The notes below the pieces were generated by a model. That model was not told the DNA's origin. It searched no databases and saw only the letters and a list, made by a program, of their open reading frames with translations. Position numbers and translations under genes: made by a program. A stretch of DNA of 64,000 nucleotides from a phage: assembly GCA_012646185.1 (NCBI GenBank), contig GCA_012646185.1_4706.1; one strand, 5' to 3'. Below, one piece after another: positions 40,358-48,933 of this stretch. Positions within the stretch are counted from its first letter, which is position 1; the number at the start of each line of letters is the position of its first letter.

Positions 40358-40388
40358 AACGCAGCATAAACCCTCCCCGAAGGGAGGG
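40358..40388 (-). promoter_or_regulatory. GC hairpin CCCTCCC-TTCG-GGGAGGG followed on minus strand by TTTATGCTGCG box
   Basis: Arms 40371-40377 and 40382-40388 with a TTCG loop in minus sense; directly after stop of phosphatase gene; the ATG begins only a 10-codon ORF. Confidence 0.45.
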
Positions 40389-40398
40389 CGGTTAACGT

Positions 40399-40956
40399 TT
40401 ACTCCATCCATACTTCTTCGTCGTAATGATTTTCTATCGCATTACGCCAAAAACGTACGGTGTCCAAACTAATCGGTGCGTAAAAGTGTTGGTCAACGCC
40501 GACGTTAAGTCCGTTGGCCTTCGCTAACATACAGCGATGAATATGACCGAATAAATTAAAGTAGCCTGGGTTTCTTTCGCTGGGCTTATGGCATAGCCAG
40601 TAGGATTCGTCATTGCTAATCGGCAATACCAGCGGGTGCTCATAAACAGCAGCAAACCCCATACCGAGCAGTTTATCACGCCACGCTTCGAAGCTTAATC
40701 CTGTCGCTTTGTATGCGTCTTCGTCCCAATTCCCCATTACCAATTGAACCTGGATATCAGAACGAATGGCTTCCACGAACTCGAACTTACCCCAATCACC
40801 TAAATGCCATAACACACTGTTCTTTGGAAGGTTGTTGATGGCTTTCAGCATATGCTGGTTCATATCGGCGACGCTTGCGAACGGACGGCGTGAATACGTC
40901 CATGTACGCTCGCTATCAAAATGGGTATCCGACATAAAGAAGATGGGTGGGGTCAT
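40399..40956 (-). CDS. calcineurin-like metallophosphatase (Ser/Thr phosphatase or ApaH-like)
   Basis: Motifs in order: FMSDTHFD (DxH), HLGDWGKF (GD), VMGNWDED (GNHD/E-like), FGHIHR (GH). Confidence 0.7.
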   Translation of the reverse strand: MTPPIFFMSDTHFDSERTWTYSRRPFASVADMNQHMLKAINNLPKNSVLWHLGDWGKFEFVEAIRSDIQVQLVMGNWDEDAYKATGLSFEAWRDKLLGMGFAAVYEHPLVLPISNDESYWLCHKPSERNPGYFNLFGHIHRCMLAKANGLNVGVDQHFYAPISLDTVRFWRNAIENHYDEEVWME

Positions 40957-41435
40957 TGATTTAATTGCTCCAGAAATGCGCGACCCGATTTACTTGCTTT
41001 TAAATGCTGTTCTGCGGAAGTAAGCAGAAGATCGGTTGGCGTATATGCAGCGCTACCTTTCCACGCTGTTTTCAGTTTACCCTTTTCGATACTGAACTGA
41101 ATCAGTTGTTGGGTACCGAAGTTAAGCGTGTTCGTCGCGGCGCTAAATACACCGCCCATCATGCTGTAACCAAAGACTTTCACGTTTTCCGTGTAGAAGT
41201 CGTTATCGATCAATTTGTTCTGGAGCTCGAGTTGGTCGGACGGCAGCAATCCCCCATCAAAGACGCTTAAAATACCAGCCAGGCGATACATGCTCACCTT
41301 TCCTGAAACGCCCACCACGTAGTTGCCGTACAGGGTTTCTTCCAGTTTAGCAACAACGGTGCGATCGTCGGAGGTTTTCATCGAAACCTCAATACCATCA
41401 CCAACTTCTGTTAACGTTAAATCAACGATACTCAT
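40953..41435 (-). CDS. hypothetical protein (160 aa)
   Basis: ORF, 4-nt overlap with phosphatase gene. Confidence 0.5.
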   Translation of the reverse strand: MSIVDLTLTEVGDGIEVSMKTSDDRTVVAKLEETLYGNYVVGVSGKVSMYRLAGILSVFDGGLLPSDQLELQNKLIDNDFYTENVKVFGYSMMGGVFSAATNTLNFGTQQLIQFSIEKGKLKTAWKGSAAYTPTDLLLTSAEQHLKASKSGRAFLEQLNQ

Positions 41436-41456
41436 TCATTATTCTCCGCTTTCATG

Positions 41457-42143
41457 TTAACACATGATTTCACCATGTTTCTTTTCAACATACGTATAAA
41501 CGTCATCCAAATAAGCAATGAGTTTATCACGATCCGCACAGAGCGATTTAATCACCGCAATCTCTTTCATATAAAGCTGCTGACCTAACGCCGGATACGT
41601 AATCCATGCGTAGCCGTCAGGCGCAAATTTAGAAATAAGATAATCAGCGGTTTCCTGTAATGCGAACTCTTTACTCATCTGGCCGTAACGATGTTCGATT
41701 GCACGGATACCAAAACGTTCGTTATCAAGACGACCCATATCCGCCAAACGAAGCACCTGAGAAGCAACCGAGCTACGTGGACCAGAGTACGAGGCACGAT
41801 GTTCAGCAATAAGTACGCGTATCTCCTCGATGTCCTCCGGTGTGAAAATATGCTGCTCGTTACGAAGCAGGATAACCGATGCACGAATACCCCCGATAAG
41901 GTGGTGGTATGTTCTGTTTTCGTGGCAAGCGATATCATGCATAAAAGCAGCGGTTAATAGACGACGACGTTCCGTGGGTCTGATGATCCCAACCACATCA
42001 GCAAGTTCATTTGCCAGTTCAACAACAGCAAGCACATGTTCTTCTTGATGTGCAAGATCGTTCTTCCGAATATTTTCAATTACTTCAGCGCGTGTTTCCT
42101 GAGATAAGAAATTTAAACAATCCAACGAATATAAAGATTTCAT
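41457..42143 (-). CDS. HD-domain phosphohydrolase-like protein
   Basis: HEEHVLAVVELA ... AAFMHDIACHE ... histidine and aspartate pattern typical of HD domain. Confidence 0.55.
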   Translation of the reverse strand: MKSLYSLDCLNFLSQETRAEVIENIRKNDLAHQEEHVLAVVELANELADVVGIIRPTERRRLLTAAFMHDIACHENRTYHHLIGGIRASVILLRNEQHIFTPEDIEEIRVLIAEHRASYSGPRSSVASQVLRLADMGRLDNERFGIRAIEHRYGQMSKEFALQETADYLISKFAPDGYAWITYPALGQQLYMKEIAVIKSLCADRDKLIAYLDDVYTYVEKKHGEIMC

Positions 42144-42188
42144 CGCACGTACCTCTTTGAATCTATTAATAAATTTTCTTTACTCACG

Positions 42189-42208
42189 TAAGTAATATAG
42201 CCGTGAAA
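42189..42208 (-). promoter_or_regulatory. second copy of conserved 20-mer taagtaatatagccgtgaaa, about 46 nt upstream of ATG at 42143
   Basis: Exact 20/20 identity with 14177-14196; lies in the divergent intergenic region. Confidence 0.4.
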
Positions 42209-42303
42209 GGATTTGTGTTGGTCCGTCTCGATGCCCATCGTATTTTATGGATTGTCGAATGACGTCATTTTAAGGGACATCCCCGGCCTCCTCCCCAGGA
42301 AAG

Positions 42304-44433
42304 GTGTGGGGAGGAGTTTTTATCATACATTCTATTAAATCGAGCGCGATTATGTTGGATAGAATCAATCGTTTAATGAACCGAATAACGGTTAAAAATC
42401 AGAGTAACAACACCGTGCATATCGGGGGTATCGATGCCTGGCGTCTTTCAGATGACATTCAGCGAATATGGGGTACCTCCCGATTTATGAAACATATGTT
42501 TCGTAATTTCTCTTCTAGTGGACTCAGTCTCCACAACTTTTACCTTCCCGATTTCGTTTATATTCTCGAAACGATCATCGAAGCAAAGAATACCCGTAGC
42601 AACAAACGCATGCTGAAACACCTTATTGAGGTACTGCTACAGGAAACCTGGCTGCAAAATACCACAATCGAGCAACCTGCAATCCTCGATAAAGCACGCA
42701 TGAACAAAATGCTAACGCTCTCTTTGTTCGATTATCAAGATGAGTTTATCGACATCTATAACCGTAACGTACCTAAATACCGACTGAAAGGATACGTGTG
42801 CGCGATGGGTGCTGGTGCGGGTAAAACAATCACCGCATTGGCTTTAAGCGCCGCAATGAACGTCGACGTATTTGTGGTCTGCTGTCCTAAGAACACCATG
42901 CGTTCAGCATGGCAATCCGATGTAAACAAAGCCATCGTTGACCCCGCAACAGAAACCGCGTTCTGGTCAGACACAATGCCACCATCACAGCTGCAGAAAA
43001 GCGATAAGTATTATTTTCTGCATTACGAATCGATGGGTTTATTAAACGATGTAATGATCAAGCATAAACGCACAGCGAAGCGCGTTCTTATTGTTGTTGA
43101 CGAAAGCCATAACTTCAACGACAAGAACAGCCAACGTTCCCAACGACTGGTTGATCTTGTACAGACAATGCGTCAAACCATGAATGCGGATGTGCACGTC
43201 TTGTTTATGTCGGGTACGCCTGTTAAACAAATGGGTTCTGAGATGATCCCCTGTTTAGGTTGTATCGACCCGATGTTCCAAGGACAGGTGGTCGATAGCT
43301 TCAAATCAATTTACGGTTTAACCAGCAGTCGCGCTAACGATATCCTCAGACATCGTCTTGGGTTCATGATGCATGTCGTACCTAAAGAGGCTTATCGTAA
43401 AACCCGTCCGGAAGTTCAGGACGTTTACGTGAAGCTCCCTAACGGTAGCGATTATACCATCTCAAGTATCCGCGACGACATGGCGGTATTTGTACGCGAT
43501 CGGGCGAAGTATTACAAGGATAACTGGGGGCATTACAGAAAGATTTTTGATGACGCCTTGGACTACTATCGTAAGACTATTCGTACCGATGGTGAACGTA
43601 AAGAGCTATCTCGATACGAATCGATTGTTACTCGTTTCCAGAAAGGTTACGATCCCGTCAGAGACAAAGAAGATGCGATGTTCTGCAATACGTTTGAAAA
43701 ACGAGCGATCATGCCGGTTCTTCCTTCCGATTTAAGGATCGCTTTCAAAGACGCCAAGAGCGTCATCAAGTACGTTGGGTTGAAAATTCAGGGTGAAGCG
43801 TTAGCGCGCGTTCTCGGTGCAGCCCGCATTCGGTGTCATGTCGACATGGTGGAGTACATCGACTTCGAAGGGTACATCAACAACGCTGAAGCCAAAGTGT
43901 TGATCTTCACGTCGTACGTTCAGGTGGTTGAGCGCGTCGACAACCTGCTTCGTGATGCGGGTTTCTTACCGGAACCCATTTACGGGAAGACCAACAAAAA
44001 CATCAACCAAATACTTGCTCGTCTACGCGATGATCCTGACAGCGGTCCCGCTATTGCAACATTTGATAGCTTAGCTGAAGGGGTTCCGATGCTGATGTGT
44101 AATGTCGGCCTTTTCCTGAACAACCCGTGGCGTTCATCCGATGAAATCCAAGCCATCAGCCGTCTCGATCGCGTAGGACAAACGCAGCCTGTTCGGATTT
44201 ATCGTTTCATGTTGGATACAGGAAGCGAGGGTAACGTTTCTACACGTAGCCACGAAATCATGGAGTTAAGTCGACAGCTTGTTGAAGAAATCACGGGTGT
44301 CAAATATGTTGTGAACAAGCAAGATGATGTTAACTTGCAAGAAACGTTGGCAATGGAAGGATACGACCAATACGTTACCGTAAACACCACGGAATACGAT
44401 ATTAAACCACGACCTGCGTTCTTGGAATGGTGA
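42304..44433 (+). CDS. superfamily 2 DNA/RNA helicase (DExH box)
   Basis: Walker A CAMGAGAGKTITAL, motif II VVDESHNF, motif III FMSGTPV, helicase C-terminal region; true start may be ATG at 42352. Confidence 0.7.
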   Translation: MWGGVFIIHSIKSSAIMLDRINRLMNRITVKNQSNNTVHIGGIDAWRLSDDIQRIWGTSRFMKHMFRNFSSSGLSLHNFYLPDFVYILETIIEAKNTRSNKRMLKHLIEVLLQETWLQNTTIEQPAILDKARMNKMLTLSLFDYQDEFIDIYNRNVPKYRLKGYVCAMGAGAGKTITALALSAAMNVDVFVVCCPKNTMRSAWQSDVNKAIVDPATETAFWSDTMPPSQLQKSDKYYFLHYESMGLLNDVMIKHKRTAKRVLIVVDESHNFNDKNSQRSQRLVDLVQTMRQTMNADVHVLFMSGTPVKQMGSEMIPCLGCIDPMFQGQVVDSFKSIYGLTSSRANDILRHRLGFMMHVVPKEAYRKTRPEVQDVYVKLPNGSDYTISSIRDDMAVFVRDRAKYYKDNWGHYRKIFDDALDYYRKTIRTDGERKELSRYESIVTRFQKGYDPVRDKEDAMFCNTFEKRAIMPVLPSDLRIAFKDAKSVIKYVGLKIQGEALARVLGAARIRCHVDMVEYIDFEGYINNAEAKVLIFTSYVQVVERVDNLLRDAGFLPEPIYGKTNKNINQILARLRDDPDSGPAIATFDSLAEGVPMLMCNVGLFLNNPWRSSDEIQAISRLDRVGQTQPVRIYRFMLDTGSEGNVSTRSHEIMELSRQLVEEITGVKYVVNKQDDVNLQETLAMEGYDQYVTVNTTEYDIKPRPAFLEW

Positions 44434-44438
44434 TTAAG

Positions 44439-44475
44439 AAGCTCTGCATGATGTCAGGCAGAGCTTTATACTTGC
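44439..44475 (+). terminator. intrinsic terminator after helicase gene: 9-bp hairpin aagctctgc/gcagagctt followed by TTATACTT
   Basis: Perfect inverted repeat 44439-44447/44458-44466 starting 6 nt after the stop codon. Confidence 0.5.
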
Positions 44476-44534
44476 ATTTGTTGCAACAATCGTATGACGT
44501 ATACGCGTTGTACTTATTTAATAAGGCAGAATAA

Positions 44535-45986
44535 ATGAAACTTAAACAAAGCTGGAAAGACGAACTTCTCGCGTTAGTAAATAGCAAAAACAGCTTACAG
44601 CTGACATTAGCCGACGTAAAATTTGAACTAACTGAACCGGTAAGCGAAGTGCCCGGAACGGTTGTCGTTACGATCAAACCGAACGATGATAGCCGTTACT
44701 TTAACGAGCAGTCTCTGACCTACATCCGTCGAGACATCGCTAAAAACTTCACCGGGATCCCGTTACGGGTTATCGTTAAAAATGATACCGCCGTAAGGGA
44801 TATCATCAATACGATTGCTGAACGTTACGGATTGGTATTTGACACAACCATCGACTTCCTCGAATCCGAGCTGAATAAGCAGATTACGTTCGAAGACACC
44901 GGTATTAAAGACATTACGGTTCCGGTTGCAAACACGTCTTATGTTTGGGCTGGTAATCTTCAGTTCAATATCGCTAACGATACGTTGAGCTTGATTACGA
45001 TCATCAAGCAAACCAATCTTACGAATCTGGTTTATCTGGATGGTGTTGAATCTAACACATCGGGTTCGTTACTATTAGCAACGACCTCGGTTATCGGCGA
45101 AAACGGAAATGCCGAAACAACTGAAGGTGTCCTTGACGCCGCGTACTTCCAGAATATCCTGAACGTCATGGTTCGTTATGGTGATATTACCAGCGAACAA
45201 ATGCAACAAGCAATGCAGACAATTAACGGAAGCGAAGACGCTCGTAGAGTAGAGGTGCGGTCATACGGTGACGCCGAATTACTGGTAACCACCAAGAAAG
45301 ATTGGGTTATCGGTAGCCTTAAGGGTGCTATGGTTGTTGGTCACGCTTCACCTAAACCAATCCAATACGTTCTTAAAACAAAAGGCGGCACCATTATATT
45401 GTCATTAGATGGTTGGACAAATGTCAATATCGATTGGGGTGATGGGAATAAGACGACGCAGGACTCAGGCGATAATGAATATCAGCACAATTATGCGGAC
45501 ACTACAGAACGTACGATCGTCGCTACGGGTACCCCTACCAACGTTGGAGATACAGACGTACAGCAAAGCTTCACCGGTGGTAACATCACTGAAATCGTTG
45601 ACTGGAACAACGGATTACCTAAGGCCCCATCATTACTTGCAGCGAACAGTTTAACTAAGGTTCCCGATTATATCCCGGCATACTGGACATCGTTAGAAGG
45701 TATGTTTACGCGATGCAGCGCTATTAACGACGTGAACATCACCAAATGGAACACCCGCAACGTTACTTCAATGAAGGACCTCTTCTACGGTTGCGCTACG
45801 TTCAACCAACCGATCGGTTCGTGGGATGTTTCGTCTGTTAAGAATGCAGACAATATGTTGTCTGGGTGCTTCGCGTTCAATCAGGATCTGAGTGGTTGGA
45901 CATTCCCGGCAGGCACTTCACACATCAACTACGACGCCATGACCGCCGCATGGCAGGCTGGTTATAAACCACACTTCACCGAGTAA
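44535..45986 (+). CDS. two-domain protein: shared N-terminal module plus C-terminal DUF285/BspA-like repeats; candidate fiber or adhesin
   Basis: N-terminus parallels 3261-3788 and 7605-8435; C-terminus has repeats MFTRCSAINDVNITKWNTRNVTSMKDLFYGCATFNQPIGSWDVSSVKNADNMLSGCFAFNQDLSGW. Confidence 0.65.
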   Translation: MKLKQSWKDELLALVNSKNSLQLTLADVKFELTEPVSEVPGTVVVTIKPNDDSRYFNEQSLTYIRRDIAKNFTGIPLRVIVKNDTAVRDIINTIAERYGLVFDTTIDFLESELNKQITFEDTGIKDITVPVANTSYVWAGNLQFNIANDTLSLITIIKQTNLTNLVYLDGVESNTSGSLLLATTSVIGENGNAETTEGVLDAAYFQNILNVMVRYGDITSEQMQQAMQTINGSEDARRVEVRSYGDAELLVTTKKDWVIGSLKGAMVVGHASPKPIQYVLKTKGGTIILSLDGWTNVNIDWGDGNKTTQDSGDNEYQHNYADTTERTIVATGTPTNVGDTDVQQSFTGGNITEIVDWNNGLPKAPSLLAANSLTKVPDYIPAYWTSLEGMFTRCSAINDVNITKWNTRNVTSMKDLFYGCATFNQPIGSWDVSSVKNADNMLSGCFAFNQDLSGWTFPAGTSHINYDAMTAAWQAGYKPHFTE

Positions 45987-46044
45987 AAAAAAAAAAAAAT
46001 AGATAGCATATCTTCCTCCCTACCCATAACGGGCGGGGAGGAAG
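45985..46044. terminator. bidirectional terminator at convergent junction: A15 run (45985-45999) plus extended GC hairpin (46012-46044)
   Basis: cttcctccc/gggaggaag arms with inner ccc/ggg stem; T15 in minus sense follows the hairpin after stop of 46062-46400. Confidence 0.55.
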
Positions 46045-46061
46045 GTTTATGTCAATTTAAC

Positions 46062-46400
46062 TTAGAACCAGAGTTCTTTCATGAAGTAGGCTTCCATATC
46101 GTAGATAAGCCACTCGTCAGGGATTTCTAAAGGATCGTCTTCGGTTAAGGTCAGCATGTGCAGGGCGAACGCACGCTTAATATCGTTCAGCAGTTTCTCG
46201 TCGTCGTAACCTTCGGGTAGTTTACGGTCTACCAGCTGGGTTTGTTTATAGACGTCGCGGAATGCTTCAGGGCTGTGTTTGTCCATCGGAAATTGTTCAG
46301 CAGCCTGAACCATAGAAAGCGTCCAGCTTACAACATTGTAACGCTCACCATTAATTTCACTGAACTGATCATCGATTAAACAGATTTGTTGTACGTTCAT
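46062..46400 (-). CDS. hypothetical protein (112 aa)
   Basis: ORF, last gene of the long minus-strand block. Confidence 0.5.
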   Translation of the reverse strand: MNVQQICLIDDQFSEINGERYNVVSWTLSMVQAAEQFPMDKHSPEAFRDVYKQTQLVDRKLPEGYDDEKLLNDIKRAFALHMLTLTEDDPLEIPDEWLIYDMEAYFMKELWF

Positions 46401-47290
46401 TCATTTTCTCCATTCTTATCTTGGTCGCAATCACACTCTTCGACGTCTTTCTTACTTAAACGTAAGACACCGAGTGCGGCATGCTTGAGTTCTTGCAACG
46501 CGCTTTTCAGCTGACCTTCTTCATCGAAATCAAAATACTTCTCGTTGTAGCTTAATGCTGGAATCATATTTACGAGAGGTTCGATGGCGGGCATCAGCAT
46601 TTCAATGACGACCTTAGGATCAACAAAGCGTTCAAACCCTTCAGGAAGTTTGCTCGCTACAACCTTATCGTTTTTGATGTAGAATTTGTTCTTGAACAGA
46701 TCGTCAAGAATAGCGTTCTCTTCATCCGTACGTTTTGCGTGAGGACGATCGATCATCTGTACAAACACACCATTCAACGCTTCAGGCAACGTCGGATTTT
46801 CACGAAGATAAGTTCCAGCCGGAATTTCAATATCGATCTTCGTCCACTCAACAACCTGGTGGTCTCGTGTGTAGATGACGTCAACTTCCCACGCCAGGCC
46901 ATCAGCGCTTTCTACGGTGTAACGTGTTTTCGCCTGGCCTTCAGGAGCCATGCGTTCGATCGCGTCAAACATCTCGACTGGAATTTCGACTTCGCTTTCC
47001 GTTGCATCACCTGGACCACGATACACCTTCGTGGTCATGATGTATTTCGGCTCTTCGTTATCGATCTGGATCGCACGTGCGCGCACCTGACCTTTCACAC
47101 CACCAACGGCTGTGTTATCAAACAACCATTGATGTTGCACCATATGTTCGATTTTTGATGCGACTTGACGAAGACGTTCAACACCGTCTTCAGCCAGTTT
47201 ACCAAAGAAGACCAGCTCACGTTCCTGCTGTGTCTCACCACTTAACATCATTAAATTGGCGATTTGTTTCACGCCTCTTACTTGTGACAT
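46397..47290 (-). CDS. hypothetical protein (297 aa)
   Basis: ORF, 4-nt overlap. Confidence 0.55.
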   Translation of the reverse strand: MSQVRGVKQIANLMMLSGETQQERELVFFGKLAEDGVERLRQVASKIEHMVQHQWLFDNTAVGGVKGQVRARAIQIDNEEPKYIMTTKVYRGPGDATESEVEIPVEMFDAIERMAPEGQAKTRYTVESADGLAWEVDVIYTRDHQVVEWTKIDIEIPAGTYLRENPTLPEALNGVFVQMIDRPHAKRTDEENAILDDLFKNKFYIKNDKVVASKLPEGFERFVDPKVVIEMLMPAIEPLVNMIPALSYNEKYFDFDEEGQLKSALQELKHAALGVLRLSKKDVEECDCDQDKNGENE

Positions 47291-47358
47291 ACATGCTCCG
47301 GTTATAAGGGCCTACATCGAGGCCCCTCATTGATTTTTGATTCCACCAAACGCTATCG

Positions 47359-48933
47359 TTACAATTCAAAATCTTCATCGATAACACGCTGGGTAAGCAC
47401 TTTGTCGCTGAAGAACTCCACCTTGCGCTGATGGTATTTACGGTGCGCTTCGATAGAAGTACATACCAGATACCAGAACGTTGGCGTCATTCCTTCAAAC
47501 TTCCCTTTCAGCTGACGCAGTCGCCCCAACACCTGAATGTTGCCGGTTCGTGACCCCATCGCTAACGTCATGAACGTCATCACCAAGTCAGGGAGGTCGA
47601 TACCTGTACCTGCCGATTTCACCGTCGTAACGCTAATATCGTTATCCAGCAAGACCATGAAATCTTCTTCAGCAGTATAAGGACCGATCTCTAGCTCAGG
47701 AATACGCTCACTGAGATAGTGCGACAACGACTTACACATATCAACGGTTGCACAATACACCAGCATCTTCATGCCTTCCTGATACTGGTTCATGAAACCT
47801 TTGATGATAACGGTATAGATGAAGTTAAAATACGCGAGTTTGAGTTGCTTGTTCTTCATGATAGACTGTTCGAATATCGTGTGTGAATAAGCTCCGCCAA
47901 ACCCTTTGTATCTGACTTTATCTGTACTGCGTAGTCGATATGTTACCGCATTTACCGCAATATATTTCTTGTATTCGCCTTTTGCATAACGGGCTTCTTT
48001 CGGATACATCAAATACAACATCTGTTCGATAAACGGATCATCGGACACCGCCGTTGCCGACAGATAAATGATTTCCGGAATACTGGCGTAACACTTGACC
48101 TTAAACAAGAAATGCAATGCTTCGTGACACTCGTCATGAATCAGCAAACCTATGCCGGTCTTTTCCCAAAACTCAGCGGGATGAAAGGCATATGGCGCAA
48201 CGCAGTTATTCTTCTCGTAGTCCGCAATATAACGTTGGAACATGTTCAAGGAGAACAATGCGATTTTGAAGTCGAGCTCACCTTGTTCAACCAAGGTTTG
48301 AAACTCCAGCATGCTGTAACGAGGAATGTCGGGATGTGGTGGATCCTCCTTAGCGTTCCCGCGTATCTCAATAACGTCCCCTGGTTCCATCCCGAAGAAG
48401 TTCAGCAGTGAGCTTCGCCAACCTGGCATGTATCTCGGCGACAGAATGATACCCGTCCGTACACCACGTCGGAAGGTAATCTCCTGCGACATGGCCGTTT
48501 TTCCTGACCCCGTTTGAGCGGTGTTTAGGCTCATTCTGAAGGGGGTATCCTTACCCCCGTCCATGTACTCCAACCATTCTTGCTGATCTTGACGCCATGG
48601 AAACTTCCATTTCTTTACGAACTCCACTTCTTTACCTGGTACCGGATCGTGATAGACGATTTCCAACCACTCTTTTCGTATCCCTCGGGAAAAGATAAAA
48701 TCCAAAAACGATTTCAACTGTTCACGGAGTAAGTATACCTCGCTATAATCGCTTCTCGCCGCGGCATACGTGTTTATGGTATCGGTAACCATTCTCCGTG
48801 TACGAGGGTCACGCCGTTTCCTCAGATGCAAACAACGGTCTCGAAGGTAATGGCCTATCAAATGGGCAAATCGAAGTCCGTATCCGCTCAGCCTCATGCC
48901 ATGCGAGAAGACGTCGATACGAGCTAACTTCAT
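47359..48933 (-). CDS. superfamily 2 helicase (DExH box)
   Basis: Walker A TAQTGSGKTAMS, motif II LLIHDECHE, SAT motif YLSATAV, motif VI QVLGRLRQ. Confidence 0.65.
   Translation of the reverse strand: MKLARIDVFSHGMRLSGYGLRFAHLIGHYLRDRCLHLRKRRDPRTRRMVTDTINTYAAARSDYSEVYLLREQLKSFLDFIFSRGIRKEWLEIVYHDPVPGKEVEFVKKWKFPWRQDQQEWLEYMDGGKDTPFRMSLNTAQTGSGKTAMSQEITFRRGVRTGIILSPRYMPGWRSSLLNFFGMEPGDVIEIRGNAKEDPPHPDIPRYSMLEFQTLVEQGELDFKIALFSLNMFQRYIADYEKNNCVAPYAFHPAEFWEKTGIGLLIHDECHEALHFLFKVKCYASIPEIIYLSATAVSDDPFIEQMLYLMYPKEARYAKGEYKKYIAVNAVTYRLRSTDKVRYKGFGGAYSHTIFEQSIMKNKQLKLAYFNFIYTVIIKGFMNQYQEGMKMLVYCATVDMCKSLSHYLSERIPELEIGPYTAEEDFMVLLDNDISVTTVKSAGTGIDLPDLVMTFMTLAMGSRTGNIQVLGRLRQLKGKFEGMTPTFWYLVCTSIEAHRKYHQRKVEFFSDKVLTQRVIDEDFEL

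Noticed and set aside
44476-44534. Sigma70-like promoter (TTGCAA at 44482-44487) upstream of the DUF285 gene
   Set aside because: No acceptable -10 hexamer at 16-18 nt spacing could be found by eye.
45985-45999. A15 homopolymer as a frameshift or phase-variation site in the DUF285 gene
   Set aside because: The run begins after the TAA stop codon, so it is outside the coding sequence and fits a terminator flank.
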